NCBI GenBank assembly: GCA_944386055.1
Contig: CALWZP010000008.1
Span: 28,671-92,670, forward strand
DNA length: 64,000 nt
Reading direction: 5' to 3'
Source: an uncultured Oscillospiraceae bacterium
Lineage (GTDB): Bacteria; Bacillota; Clostridia; Oscillospirales; Oscillospiraceae
Notes under the pieces: generated by a model
Databases searched by the model: none
Told to the model about the DNA's origin: nothing
Seen by the model: only the letters and a program-made list of their open reading frames with translations
Made by a program: the position numbers and the translations under genes
In this document: positions 43,660 through 53,333 of the stretch, piece after piece
Position numbering within the stretch: position 1 is the stretch's first letter
Layout of the letters: each line of letters opens with the position of its first letter

Positions 43660-44970
43660 ATGGGAAAACGATTTTTCGGTGACACGCTGATTCTGGGCAT
43701 GGCACTGTTTTCCATGTTCTTTGGGGCGGGAAATATTATCTTTCCCCCCTATCTGGGGATGGAATCCGGCAGCCAGTGGGTCGCCGGATTTATCAGCTAC
43801 TATATGGCGGATATCGGCCTGTCGGTGATGGCGATTCTGGCTCTGCTGAAGCAGCGGGGGCGGATGGAGGGAGTCATCGGAGCGATTGGCCGCCTGCCCT
43901 CTAAGCTGATGCTGTCTGCCATGGTGCTGTGCATCGGGCCGCTGATCGCGGTACCCCGTACCGGCGCCACCACCCATGAGATGTTTATGACTCCAATTTT
44001 CGGACCAATGCCGCCCCTGGTGGGAAGCCTGATTTTCTTTGGCGTGGTGTTTCTGCTGACCATCCGGGAATCCTCCGTGGTGGATATTTTGGGGAAATTC
44101 CTTACCCCCGCTCTGCTGCTGGGACTGATGGTGTTGATCCTCCGGGGAGTGATCTCCCCCATGGGGGAGATCACCGACCAGCTGCGCCAGGGCTCTGTGG
44201 TGCAGAATGGCATCTCCGCCGGCTATCAGACCATGGACTCTATGGCGGCGGTGATCTTCGGCATTATCATCATTGCGAATATCCGTGGACGGGGCTATAC
44301 CGAGGAGAAGCAGCAGTATCGTCTGGCGGCCTGTGCCAGCCTGGCGGCGGCGGCGGGACTGCTGGTGGTGTACGGCGGACTGACCTATCTGGGGGCCGCC
44401 GCCACCGGAACACTGGATCAGCCGCTTCCCCGGACGGAGCTGATTTTGTACATCACCCGGTCTCTGATGGGGGAGGCGGGAACTGTGATCCTGGGGATCG
44501 TGGTGGCGCTGGCGTGCATCACCACCGCCGTAGCCCTCATCAGCGCCAGCGCACGGCACTTTTCCCAGCTGTCCGGCGGACGGATCGGGTACGGGACGCT
44601 GGTGGCGGCGTTCTGCCTGTTCAGCGCAGTGACCTCCGCCATTGGGACGGACCGGATCGTGGAGATCGCATCCCCCATCCTCAGTGTGCTCTACCCCGGG
44701 ATGCTGGCTCTGCTGGTGCTGTCCTTTTTCTCCGGACGGGTGGTGAACCGCAGGGTGATCCAGGGGGCGGTGATCGGAGCGCTGCTGGCGGGGCTGTGTG
44801 AGCAGCTCTATCTGGCGGGACTGCCGCTGGAATTCATTACCTGGATGCCTCTGGCCGGCTATGGCTTCAGCTGGCTGCTGCCCGCCGCTGTGACGGGGGC
44901 GGCAGGGGGCCTGATTGGGCGGGCATTTCCGCCGGAGGAGGAACTGAAAGAGCGCTCCGCAGCGGAATGA
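43660..44970 (+). CDS. brnQ: Branched-chain amino acid transport system II carrier (BrnQ/LIVCS family)
   Basis: It carries LGMALFSMFFGAGNIIFPP.LG and about 12 TM spans. The ATG at 43660 follows GAAGGAG; the ORF could extend to 43612. Confidence 0.85.
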   Translation: MGKRFFGDTLILGMALFSMFFGAGNIIFPPYLGMESGSQWVAGFISYYMADIGLSVMAILALLKQRGRMEGVIGAIGRLPSKLMLSAMVLCIGPLIAVPRTGATTHEMFMTPIFGPMPPLVGSLIFFGVVFLLTIRESSVVDILGKFLTPALLLGLMVLILRGVISPMGEITDQLRQGSVVQNGISAGYQTMDSMAAVIFGIIIIANIRGRGYTEEKQQYRLAACASLAAAAGLLVVYGGLTYLGAAATGTLDQPLPRTELILYITRSLMGEAGTVILGIVVALACITTAVALISASARHFSQLSGGRIGYGTLVAAFCLFSAVTSAIGTDRIVEIASPILSVLYPGMLALLVLSFFSGRVVNRRVIQGAVIGALLAGLCEQLYLAGLPLEFITWMPLAGYGFSWLLPAAVTGAAGGLIGRAFPPEEELKERSAAE

Positions 44971-44989
44971 TCATCGGAGAGATAAGAAG

Positions 44990-45019
44990 ACGGACGGCAA
45001 GGATTTCCTTGCCGTCCGT
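44990..45019. terminator. Terminator hairpin between two convergent genes
   Basis: 13-bp stem ACGGACGGCAAGG-attt-CCTTGCCGTCCGT followed by TCTTTG. Confidence 0.65.
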
Positions 45020-45038
45020 TCTTTGCTGCCCGGAATCG

Positions 45039-45482
45039 TTATTTTTTCTGATAGGCGTCCCCGTCGTAATAGGGGTTCATCACCACCGAGAAGTGGAAGA
45101 TGGGCCGGTCCACCCGGTTGAACTTCAGGGGCATGTGGGGCATATTGGCGGGGACGAAGATCATGGTGCTGCGGGTGATGATGTGGTGCTCGCCGTCCAG
45201 CCACAGCTCCAGCTCCGCCCCCAGGTCATAGCGGTCATCGGGGTTGCTGCCGAAGAAGCCGATGATCTCGTCGCAGTTGTGGGAGTGCTCTCCAAACACT
45301 GGATTCTGCTCGGGGATCTTGCAGTACCAGGAGGTGTTCATCTGAAAGGCGCCGGGCACCACATTGTTGTCGATCCACAGAATGCGCTTGGCAAAGCGGT
45401 TGTACATCTCCCGGAATTCGGGGGAGGGAAGCTCAGGCTCGTGCAGGTCCTGGACGATGTATTTGTCAGTTCTCTGTGCCAT
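45039..45482 (-). CDS. Cupin-domain protein of unknown function
   Basis: Cupin motif 1 (GEHSHNCDEIIGFFG) and a motif-2-like VPANMPHMPLKFN. The ATG at 45482 lies 10 nt after AAGGAG. Confidence 0.6.
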   Translation of the reverse strand: MAQRTDKYIVQDLHEPELPSPEFREMYNRFAKRILWIDNNVVPGAFQMNTSWYCKIPEQNPVFGEHSHNCDEIIGFFGSNPDDRYDLGAELELWLDGEHHIITRSTMIFVPANMPHMPLKFNRVDRPIFHFSVVMNPYYDGDAYQKK

Positions 45483-45573
45483 ATTGATCATGCTCCTTCT
45501 CTGTCATCAGGGGAGTGGCCCCCAAAAATGAATAGGTTCACTTTCTTGAGTATATCCGATTTTTATCGGTATG

Positions 45574-46818
45574 TCAATCTGTGTTCTCCTCCCGGGGGGA
45601 GAGATCAGCCGCCCGGCGTAGAATGGACAGGGGAGGCACCTGCCGGGGCAGGGAGAGATAGAACTGCATTTCCGGTTTTTTTGCCTGGTCCAGGGGAGTG
45701 CCGTCCGAGAGGGCCAGCCCCTCCGCCGTCAGGGAGATGGGCTCCACGCCGGGGCCCACCAGCTCCAGTGCCTCCCCGGCGGAGAGCTTGTTGCGCAGGG
45801 AGACCAGGGCCCGGCCGGAGGGGTCGCAGGACACCACCACCGCCACGATCTGCCAGTCCCGGAGATAGCGGGCGCTGTGGACATACTGCCCCGGCTGGCC
45901 GTAGTAAAAGCCGGTGGAGTAGTGCCGGTGGCTCACTTTCTCCACCTCCTCCCGCCAGACGGGGGAGAGGGGCTGCCCCGCGGCGGTGGCGTCGATGGCG
46001 TGGCGGTAGGCCCCGGTGACCACTGCGGCGTAATAGGCGGATTTGGCCCGGCCCTCGATTTTCAGGGAGGTGAGCCCAACCCGCATCAGGTCGTCCACAT
46101 GGTCGATCATGCACAGATCCCGGGAGTTGAGAATGTAGGTGGCCCCGTCCTCCTCCCGGATGGGGAAGTACTCCCCCGGCCGCTTCTCCTCCACCAGGGC
46201 GTACTGGTAGCGGCAGGGCTGGGCGCAGGCGCCCCGGTTGGAGTCCCGCCCCGCGCCGGTCATGTAGTTGGACAGCAGGCACCGCCCGGAATAGCTGACG
46301 CACATGGCGCCGTGGACGAAGGCCTCCAGCTCCAGCTCCGGCGGGGTCTTGGCCCGGATGCGGGCGATCTCCTCCAGGGAGAGCTCCCGGGCCAGGATCA
46401 CCCGGCTGGCCCCCAGGTCGTGCCACGCCCGGGCGGACTGGTGGTTCACCACGCTGGCCTGGGTGGAGATATGGACGGCCACATGGGGGGCCCAACGCTT
46501 GGCCAGAGCCAGCACCCCCACATCCGCCACGATCACCGCGTCCGCGCCCTCCTGCTCCAGAAAGGCAAGCCATTCCGGCAGGCGGTCCACCTCCTCGTCC
46601 CGGGGCATGGTGTTGCAGGTGACATGGACGGCCACCCCGCGCTGATGGCAGAATCGAATGGCACGGGACAGCTCCTCCGGGGAGAAATTGCCGGCAAAAG
46701 AGCGCATGCCGAACTCGGTGCCGGCCAGATAGACGGCGTCGGCGCCATAGGCCACCGCCATCTGCAGCCGCTCCATGTCCCCGGCGGGGGAGAGAAGCTC
46801 CGGTTTCGCTGGCGTCAT
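45574..46818 (-). CDS. Peptidase U32 family protein
   Basis: The ORF was trimmed to MTPAKPELLSPAGD...L.AV..GADAVY. It has E.FVHGAMC.SYSGRC.LS and a GGAGG SD. Confidence 0.85.
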   Translation of the reverse strand: MTPAKPELLSPAGDMERLQMAVAYGADAVYLAGTEFGMRSFAGNFSPEELSRAIRFCHQRGVAVHVTCNTMPRDEEVDRLPEWLAFLEQEGADAVIVADVGVLALAKRWAPHVAVHISTQASVVNHQSARAWHDLGASRVILARELSLEEIARIRAKTPPELELEAFVHGAMCVSYSGRCLLSNYMTGAGRDSNRGACAQPCRYQYALVEEKRPGEYFPIREEDGATYILNSRDLCMIDHVDDLMRVGLTSLKIEGRAKSAYYAAVVTGAYRHAIDATAAGQPLSPVWREEVEKVSHRHYSTGFYYGQPGQYVHSARYLRDWQIVAVVVSCDPSGRALVSLRNKLSAGEALELVGPGVEPISLTAEGLALSDGTPLDQAKKPEMQFYLSLPRQVPPLSILRRAADLSPREENTD

Positions 46819-46888
46819 AAGGAGACCTCCTTGACAGCGCTGTGGGCCGTGCCTGGCACGGCCCACAGCGGGGAGTGGGCGGCAGGGG

Positions 46889-48040
46889 TCACTGATAGCG
46901 CTCCTGAGTCGCCATGAAGTTCTGCATCTGGGAGTAGGTCTGGAAGAAGTGATGCTGTCCGTCGTCCCCCAGGACATAGTAATAGTCGCTGGTATCGTCG
47001 GGATTCATGGCCGCCTGGATGGAGGCCAGTCCGGGATTGCAGATGGGTCCGGGGGGCAGGCCGGGATAGAGGTAGGTGTTATAGGGGGAGTCGATCTGAC
47101 GGTCCGCGTCGGTGGGTACATTGCCGCCGTTGATATAGGTCAGGGTGGCGTCGATCTGGAGATAGCCGTTGGTGCCGGCGGAGGCGTTGACATTCTCCAG
47201 ACGGTTGTAGATCACCGAGGCGATATGGGCCCGGTCGGTGCCGTCGGTCTCCCGTTCGATGAGGGAGGCGATGGTGAGGATTTCGTGGAGGGTGTAATCT
47301 CCCTGAGAGATCTCCTCCCGCATCTCATCGGTGACCCGGGCGTCAAAGCCCTGGAGCAGCCGGTTGATGACATACAGGGGATCCTGGTTCAGGTAGAAGT
47401 TGTAGGTGTCGGGATAGAGATAGCCCTCCAGCCGGGTGGCCTCTCCCAGGGGGATGTCCGCCAGGAAGGAGAAGGCGTAGTCGTGGGTGGCAGCCATATC
47501 ATTGAGCTCGCCCACTGTGGCGACCCCCTCTTCCTCCAGCAGCTCAAAGGTCTGCGCCAGGGTGAGGCCCTCGGGGATGGTCACCGTGATCTCCACCCGG
47601 GAGGTGGAGCGGGAGCTGATGTTGGTGAGGATGGCCCGGTAGTCCATGTCGGTGTTGAGCACATAGATGCCCGGGGAGATGTCGTCCTTGGTCCCGGTGA
47701 AGGTGGCGAACAGATTGAAGAGCAGCTTGTTCTCGATGATGCCCTGGTCTTTCAGCTTGTCCGCCACATCGCCGAAGGAGTCCCCATCCTCCACCACCAC
47801 CGTGGCGGTGAGAGGATCTTTGTTCAGAGCCAGCACATCGTTGGCCGCCAGCCAGCAGATGCAGGCCAGCACAAAGGAGACGGCGATGATGAATACTGCA
47901 TAGAGCAGGGCGCTCATCCCCGCGGGGAGGCGCTGACTGCGCCGGCGGGCGGTGCTGTGTGTGCGGGGACGCTGCCCCGAGGTCTGCCCGGTGCTCTGCC
48001 GCCGGGGGCGGGAGGAGGGGGTGTGGTCTTGCTGTGACAT
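46889..48040 (-). CDS. mltG: Endolytic murein transglycosylase MltG (YceG-like)
   Basis: N-terminal TM span after a basic low-complexity tail. It carries LEGYL.PDTY, ASI.ERE and SPYNTY...GLPPGPI.NPG. Confidence 0.9.
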   Translation of the reverse strand: MSQQDHTPSSRPRRQSTGQTSGQRPRTHSTARRRSQRLPAGMSALLYAVFIIAVSFVLACICWLAANDVLALNKDPLTATVVVEDGDSFGDVADKLKDQGIIENKLLFNLFATFTGTKDDISPGIYVLNTDMDYRAILTNISSRSTSRVEITVTIPEGLTLAQTFELLEEEGVATVGELNDMAATHDYAFSFLADIPLGEATRLEGYLYPDTYNFYLNQDPLYVINRLLQGFDARVTDEMREEISQGDYTLHEILTIASLIERETDGTDRAHIASVIYNRLENVNASAGTNGYLQIDATLTYINGGNVPTDADRQIDSPYNTYLYPGLPPGPICNPGLASIQAAMNPDDTSDYYYVLGDDGQHHFFQTYSQMQNFMATQERYQ

Positions 48041-48181
48041 AGGAACCTTCCTTTCAGACTGTGAAAAAAGCGGAGTGGAAAGGGGAGGGCGTGGAACGGT
48101 GGATAAGCTGCCCTCATAAGATAAGGCAGATGGAGCTTCCCGCTGTGCGGGGCCCCAAATTTATAGTGAGGTGAATCATTC

Positions 48182-48334
48182 ATGTGCTGTGGGAACAACT
48201 GGGGCGGTAACAACTGCCTGTGGATCATCCTGATCCTGATCATCCTCTTCGGCTGCGGCAACGGCTGCGGCAACAGCTGCAACAGCTGCAGCAGCAACAG
48301 CTGCGGCTGCAATGACGGGTGCAGCTGCTGCTGA
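48182..48334 (+). CDS. 50-aa Cys/Gly/Asn-rich peptide with a central hydrophobic helix (YjcZ-like sporulation-type small protein)
   Basis: Hand-translated: MCCGNNWGGNNCLWIILILIILFGCGNGCGNSCNSCSSNSCGCNDGCSCC. A GAGGTGA SD lies upstream and a terminator downstream. Confidence 0.6.
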   Translation: MCCGNNWGGNNCLWIILILIILFGCGNGCGNSCNSCSSNSCGCNDGCSCC

Positions 48335-48359
48335 CCTGTTCCGGTGCATAGGGGAGGGC

Positions 48360-48385
48360 GGGGCGTCTGCGGACGCCCCGCTTTT
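48360..48385. terminator. Terminator hairpin GGGGCGTC-tgcg-GACGCCCC followed by GCTTTT
   Basis: Read directly. It lies between the convergent peptide gene and the MTHFS gene. Confidence 0.65.
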
Positions 48386-48395
48386 CCATGCCATG

Positions 48396-48980
48396 CTACC
48401 GGGCATCGCCGGGCAGCAGAAGAGTCTCGGTGACCACCATGTGGACAGGCAGGTCATGTTCCTCCGCCGGGACCAGGGACTGCAGCAGCAGATCCCGGCA
48501 CAGCCCGACAGAGAAGCCGGAGAAGCCCGCCAGCCACCGGTCATAGTATCCGCCCCCATGCCCCAGACGGTAACCCCGCCGGTCGTAGCACAGGGCGGGG
48601 ACCAGGGCAAAGCCGATCTCGCCCGGGGGGACCAGTTCCGCCTCGGACGGAGGTTCGGGGATTCCGAAGGGGCTGGAGACCAGAGGCAGTTCCGGAGTGA
48701 AGCGCCGGCACTCCATCCGCCGCCCCGGGATGCACCGGGGCAGCAGCACCCGTTTCCCCTCCCGGTGGAGGGCACGGATCAGGGGGAGAGTGTCCGGCTC
48801 GTCTCCCACCCCCAGAAAGAGGAAAAGCGTTTCCGCACGCTGAAAGGCGGGCAGCTGTGCCAGCTGCCGGAACAGGGCCGCATCGCTCTCCCGCCGGGCG
48901 GCGGGGGACAGGTCCCGCGCCCGGGCAGACAGCTCGGCGCGCAGGCGGCGCTTTTCCTCAGTGACGGTAGTAGACGGCAT
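48396..48980 (-). CDS. 5-formyltetrahydrofolate cyclo-ligase
   Basis: It carries K..LR, the motif D.RG.RLG.GGGYYDR, and is about 194 aa long. Confidence 0.85.
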   Translation of the reverse strand: MPSTTVTEEKRRLRAELSARARDLSPAARRESDAALFRQLAQLPAFQRAETLFLFLGVGDEPDTLPLIRALHREGKRVLLPRCIPGRRMECRRFTPELPLVSSPFGIPEPPSEAELVPPGEIGFALVPALCYDRRGYRLGHGGGYYDRWLAGFSGFSVGLCRDLLLQSLVPAEEHDLPVHMVVTETLLLPGDAR

Positions 48981-49503
48981 GGCGCACCTGCTGGGCGGCC
49001 TGAGCGCCTTTGAGCACCTCCACCAGCTTCAGCCCGAAGTCGAACACCGCCCCGGCGGCCTCACCGGTGATGATGCGGCCGTCCGCCACCACGGGACAGC
49101 CCTCCTTCACCACGGCGGAGTACATCTGGTTCTCCATGCCAGGGTAACACACGGCGCTGCGCCGGTCCAGGATGCCCATGTGGGCCAGAATGGTGGGGGC
49201 GGCGCAGATGGCGGCCACATAGGCCCCCTTGTCCCGGGCGGACTGGATGAAGGCCAGGGCGAACAGGTTCATCCGGATGTTCTCCACGCCCCCCAGTCCG
49301 CCGGGCAGCACCAGCATCTCCAGATCGTCGGTGGACACCTGGGACAATGTGGCGTCCGCGGTGACGGTGATGTGATGCGCGCCGGTGACGGTCAGCCCGT
49401 CCAGCCCCACCAGGGTCACCTCGCAGCCGCCCCGGCGCAGCAGATCGGCGGTGACCAGGGCCTCCGCCTCTTCAAAACCGTCCGCCAGCAGGATATCGAC
49501 CAT
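48958..49503 (-). CDS. DJ-1/PfpI family protein
   Basis: It has LPGG.GG and the AAICAAP nucleophile-elbow motif. Confidence 0.85.
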   Translation of the reverse strand: MVDILLADGFEEAEALVTADLLRRGGCEVTLVGLDGLTVTGAHHITVTADATLSQVSTDDLEMLVLPGGLGGVENIRMNLFALAFIQSARDKGAYVAAICAAPTILAHMGILDRRSAVCYPGMENQMYSAVVKEGCPVVADGRIITGEAAGAVFDFGLKLVEVLKGAQAAQQVRHAVYYRH

Positions 49504-49548
49504 AGTTGGGATCCCTCCTTGATTCCCCGCAGCGATTGTCCGCTGTGG

Positions 49549-50223
49549 TCACAGAAGATATGGGGAGAGGATGCGCCAGATCTCCCCATGGATGTCCTCC
49601 ACCGTGCGCAGTCCTTTTTGGTCCACACAGGGGACGGTGGTCCAGCCCAGGGTCTCCGCCGCCAGCCTGGCCGCCTGGTGGCAGGTGGCCAGATAGTCGG
49701 TGTCCACCTCGTGGATATCCCCGTGGGTGTGGGTGCGCGCCTCCCGGCTGCGCAGGTTTTCCACGGCCTGAGCCGTGGGCATGTCCAGATAGATCACCCG
49801 ATCAGGGACGGGCAGTCCCAGACGCCGGAACTCGAAATCATACAGCCAGCGGAAAAATTCCTCCCACTGCCCGGGGGGCAGCTTGCCCGCCTGGTGCACG
49901 GCGTTGGAGGTGGTGTACCGGTCGGCCAGCACCAGTCCCCCCGCCTGATAGTATTCTCCCCACACCTTGCGGTAGGAGGCAAAGCGGTCCACTGCGTAAA
50001 AGGAGGAGGAAGCGTACGGGTTCACATCTCCCGGACTGCCGCCGAACTCCCCGCCCAGGTACATCCGCACCAGGGCGGAGGAGGGCTGATCATACTGGGG
50101 GAAGACGATGCGGTGGAAGGGGACGCCCTCCTCCTCCAGCCGCTGGCACATGCGGGCGAACTGGGTGGATTTGCCCGAGCCGTCCGTCCCCTCGAACACG
50201 ATGAGCTTTCCCGCCATGGTCAT
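49549..50223 (-). CDS. tmk: dTMP kinase family protein
   Basis: It has the P-loop IVFEGTDGSGKSTQ and DRYTTSN.VHQ. The ATG at 50223 overlaps the upstream stop (ATGA); the alternative start is 50217. Confidence 0.7.
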   Translation of the reverse strand: MTMAGKLIVFEGTDGSGKSTQFARMCQRLEEEGVPFHRIVFPQYDQPSSALVRMYLGGEFGGSPGDVNPYASSSFYAVDRFASYRKVWGEYYQAGGLVLADRYTTSNAVHQAGKLPPGQWEEFFRWLYDFEFRRLGLPVPDRVIYLDMPTAQAVENLRSREARTHTHGDIHEVDTDYLATCHQAARLAAETLGWTTVPCVDQKGLRTVEDIHGEIWRILSPYLL

Positions 50224-50978
50224 CCCTCCTCCGGGCCGCGCCCGGCCTTGCGGTCCCGCTCGGTGAGGCGGCGGGCCGCCACACCCAGCAGGAACAGGGG
50301 CAGCCGGGCCATCCGCCCGATGCGCCGGGGCTCCTTCTTCAGGCGGTACAGCCACTCCAGCCCCAGCTTCTGCCAGCGCTCCGGCGCCCGCTCCACCCGG
50401 CCGGCGTAGACATCCAGGGCGCCCCCCAGCCCGATGGCCAGATGGGCCCCGGTCTCCGGCCCGTGGGCGGCCATCCACTTCTCCTGCTTGGGGGCGCCCA
50501 GGCACACCAGCAGCAGGTCGGGGGCGCCCTCCCCCACGCGCCGGGCCGCCTCGGCGTCGTCTTTGAAATATCCGTCCCCGCAGCCGCAGAAGGTCAGGCC
50601 GGGGTAGCGGGCGGACAGATTGGCCATGGCCTCCTCCGCCACACCGGGCTTGGCGCCCAGAAGATAGACTCGGGCACCGCCGGACTGCTCCAGGGCGGCC
50701 ATCAGGTCGCTGGCAAAGTCGATGCCGGGCACACGCCCCTTCAGAGGACGGCCCAGGAGCTTGGCGGCGTAGATCACCCCGATCCCGTCGGGGATGGTCA
50801 GGTCCGCCCCGTTGAGCAGACGCAGAAACTCCGGGTCCTGCCGGGCCAGCAGAATAAACTCCGGATTGGGGGTGACCACATAGTGGAAGCCGGAAGAGCG
50901 GACCAATTCCGCCCCGGCGCAGACCGCCTCGTCCAGAGTCAGATTGTCAAAGGCCACGCCTTCTATGACCTGTTTCAC
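50220..50978 (-). CDS. WecB/TagA/CpsF family glycosyltransferase
   Basis: It carries V.TPNPE, DG.G and V.L.GAKPGVAE. The GTG start follows GAGGTG. Confidence 0.85.
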   Translation of the reverse strand: MKQVIEGVAFDNLTLDEAVCAGAELVRSSGFHYVVTPNPEFILLARQDPEFLRLLNGADLTIPDGIGVIYAAKLLGRPLKGRVPGIDFASDLMAALEQSGGARVYLLGAKPGVAEEAMANLSARYPGLTFCGCGDGYFKDDAEAARRVGEGAPDLLLVCLGAPKQEKWMAAHGPETGAHLAIGLGGALDVYAGRVERAPERWQKLGLEWLYRLKKEPRRIGRMARLPLFLLGVAARRLTERDRKAGRGPEEG

Positions 50979-51125
50979 AAGAGCACCTCTTCCCGCGGCG
51001 GAGCGCCCAGCAGCGGCCCGCCGCGGACGGCGGAACCGCCGTCACATGAGATTGGAGGTATTTTACCACAATTTCCACGGAAAGTCCACGAAAAGATGCC
51101 GGAAAGGAAAAAGCGGGAAAAAGAC

Positions 51126-51153
51126 TTGACAAATGGGACCGGAGGGCTATAAT
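51126..51153 (+). promoter_or_regulatory. Promoter of the ABC importer operon (-35 TTGACA, 16 nt, -10 TATAAT)
   Basis: Consensus hexamers were read directly. Confidence 0.6.
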
Positions 51154-51246
51154 AGACACAACCCCGTCGTGGGTCTTTTTCTCACAGCAATTCTTTAACC
51201 ATTAAAAGCACTAAAGCAACACGAGCAAGCATGGAGGATGAAACCG

Positions 51247-52287
51247 ATGAAGAAAAAGCTTTCCAAATTCCTCGCCCTGACTCTGGCGCTGGCCATGGCC
51301 CTGGGCCTGTCCGCCTGCGGCGGAAATGAAGAGCCCCAGGAGACCGGCACCGCCGGCACCGAGACCAGTTCCCCTGCCCCTGGGGAGTCCCAGAGCGCCG
51401 GCGAGACCTATACCGTGGGCATCGTGCAGCAGATGCAGCATGTGGCCCTGGACTCCGCCACCGAAGGCTTCCAGGACGCCCTCACCGAGCTGCTGGGCGA
51501 CCAGGTGACCTTTGAGTATCAGAACGCCTCCGGCGAGGCCACCAACTGCACCACCATCGTGGGCGACTTCGTGGCCTCCAATGTGGATCTGATCATGGCC
51601 AACGGCACCACTGCTCTCCAGGCCGCGGTGTCCGCCACCGGTGACATCCCCATCCTGGGCACCTCCATCACCGAGTACGGCGTGGCCCTGGGCATCGACG
51701 GCTTTACCGGCACCACCGGCATGAATGTCTCCGGTACCTCTGACCTGGCCCCTCTGGATCAGCAGGCGGCCATGATCCAGGAGTGGTTCCCCGAGGCCCA
51801 GACCGTGGGTCTGCTCTACTGCTCCGCCGAGCCCAACAGCCAGTATCAGGTGGACACCGTCCAGGGATATCTGGAGGCGGCGGGCATCACCTGTACCCAG
51901 TACTCCTTCTCCGACTCCAATGATCTGTCCGCCGTGGCCACCACCGCCTGCGCCAACAGCGATGTGGTGTATATCCCCACCGACAATACCTGTGCCAACA
52001 ACACCCAGCTCATCGGCAACATCGCCATCGATGCCGGCACCCCCATCATCGCCGGCGAGGAGGGCATCTGCTCCGGCTGCGGCGTGGCCACCCTGACCAT
52101 CAGCTACTACGACATCGGCTACAAGACCGGCGAGATGGCCTATGAGATCCTGGTCAATGGCGCCGACCCTGCCGAGATGCCCATCGAGTACGCGCCCCAG
52201 TTCACCCCCAAGTACAACGCCGCCATGTGCGAGACGCTGGGGCTGACTCCGCTGGAGGGCTATGAGGCCATCGAGGCCGCCGAGTAA
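51247..52287 (+). CDS. ABC transporter substrate-binding lipoprotein (ABC_sub_bind-type, unknown ligand)
   Basis: Lipobox LGLSAC. The ATG at 51247 lies 9 nt after GGAGG (the ORF begins at 51238). The core carries Q..H.ALD....GF. Confidence 0.8.
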   Translation: MKKKLSKFLALTLALAMALGLSACGGNEEPQETGTAGTETSSPAPGESQSAGETYTVGIVQQMQHVALDSATEGFQDALTELLGDQVTFEYQNASGEATNCTTIVGDFVASNVDLIMANGTTALQAAVSATGDIPILGTSITEYGVALGIDGFTGTTGMNVSGTSDLAPLDQQAAMIQEWFPEAQTVGLLYCSAEPNSQYQVDTVQGYLEAAGITCTQYSFSDSNDLSAVATTACANSDVVYIPTDNTCANNTQLIGNIAIDAGTPIIAGEEGICSGCGVATLTISYYDIGYKTGEMAYEILVNGADPAEMPIEYAPQFTPKYNAAMCETLGLTPLEGYEAIEAAE

Positions 52288-52307
52288 ACTTCCGGAAAAC
52301 GACAACG

Positions 52308-52350
52308 AAAAAGGGCGCGGAAAAGGGGCTTCTCTTTTCCGCCCTTTTTT
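52308..52350 (+). terminator. Intra-operon rho-independent terminator/attenuator after the binding-protein gene
   Basis: Stem AAAGGGCG(C)GGAAAAG / CTTTTCCGCCCTTT followed by TTTTTT. Confidence 0.7.
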
Positions 52351-52409
52351 GCTATACTATCCTGGTATATAAGGCTTGCCCCGGGCAAGCTATGGGAGGA
52401 GAAATTCAT

Positions 52410-53333
52410 TTGGACATCATGAGTCTGTTCAACGCCCTGCCCAGTGTGGCGGCTCAGGGGCTGATCTGGGGCATCATGGCCATCGGTGTGTTCATCACCT
52501 TCCGCATCCTGGATGTGGCGGACCTGACGGTGGACGGCACCCTGTGCACCGGCGGCGCCACTTTCATCATGCTCACCATGGCGGGCGCCAATGTGTGGGT
52601 GGCCATGGTGGGCGCCTTCTGCGCCGGCATGGTGGCCGGACTGATCACCGGCCTGTTCCACACCGCCTGCGGCATCCCCGCGATCCTGGCCGGCATCCTG
52701 ACCCAGCTGGCCCTCTATTCCATCAACCTGCGCATCATGGGGCAGGCCAACCGCCCGGTGAACGCCACCCAGTACGACCTGCTGGTCTCCCAGCGTGATG
52801 TGCGGGAGATCGGGCTGAACAACCCCATTCTGATCAGCGCCCTGTTCGTCATCGTCATCATCGCCCTGCTCTATTGGTTCTTCGGCACCGAGCTGGGCTC
52901 CTCCCTCCGGGCCACCGGCGCCAACCTGAACATGGCCCGGGCCCAGGGCATCAATGTCAATGTGACCAAGGTGCTGGGGCTGATGGTGTCCAACGGGCTG
53001 GTGGCCCTGTCCGGTTCCCTGCTGGCCCAGTATCAGGGCTTTGCCGATGTGAACATGGGCCGGGGCGCCATCGTCATCGGCCTGGCCGCCGTCATCATCG
53101 GCGAGGTGATCTTCGGCCGGATCTTCCGCAACTTCGCCCTGCGGCTGCTGGCGGTGGCCCTGGGGGCCGTCATCTACTACCTGGTGTATCAGGTGGTCAT
53201 CTGGCTGGGGCTGAAGACGGACGATATGAAGCTCATCACCGCCCTCATCGTGGCCGTGTTCCTGGCCATCCCCTTCTGGAAGGGGAAGTACTTCGACCGG
53301 TTCGCCAGAAAGGGGGGCGGCGCAAATGCTTGA
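52410..53333 (+). CDS. ABC transporter permease (branched-chain/BPD_transp_2-like)
   Basis: A polytopic protein with QGLIWGIMAIGVFITFRILD.ADLTVDG. The TTG at 52410 lies 8 nt after GGGAGGAG; the alternative is the ATG at 52419. Confidence 0.8.
   Translation: MDIMSLFNALPSVAAQGLIWGIMAIGVFITFRILDVADLTVDGTLCTGGATFIMLTMAGANVWVAMVGAFCAGMVAGLITGLFHTACGIPAILAGILTQLALYSINLRIMGQANRPVNATQYDLLVSQRDVREIGLNNPILISALFVIVIIALLYWFFGTELGSSLRATGANLNMARAQGINVNVTKVLGLMVSNGLVALSGSLLAQYQGFADVNMGRGAIVIGLAAVIIGEVIFGRIFRNFALRLLAVALGAVIYYLVYQVVIWLGLKTDDMKLITALIVAVFLAIPFWKGKYFDRFARKGGGANA

Noticed and set aside
48176-48775. A 199-aa minus-strand ORF overlapping the Cys-rich peptide gene and the MTHFS gene.
   Set aside because: It is out of frame with the well-supported MTHFS gene (48396..48980). 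Its N-terminal part is the reverse complement of the Cys-codon repeats, so it is a shadow ORF.
51154-51246. A T-box or attenuator leader upstream of the ABC importer; transporters of this SBP family are sometimes T-box controlled.
   Set aside because: The leader is only about 90 nt, which is too short for a T-box. I saw no specifier or T-box sequence (AGGGUGGNACCGCG-like).
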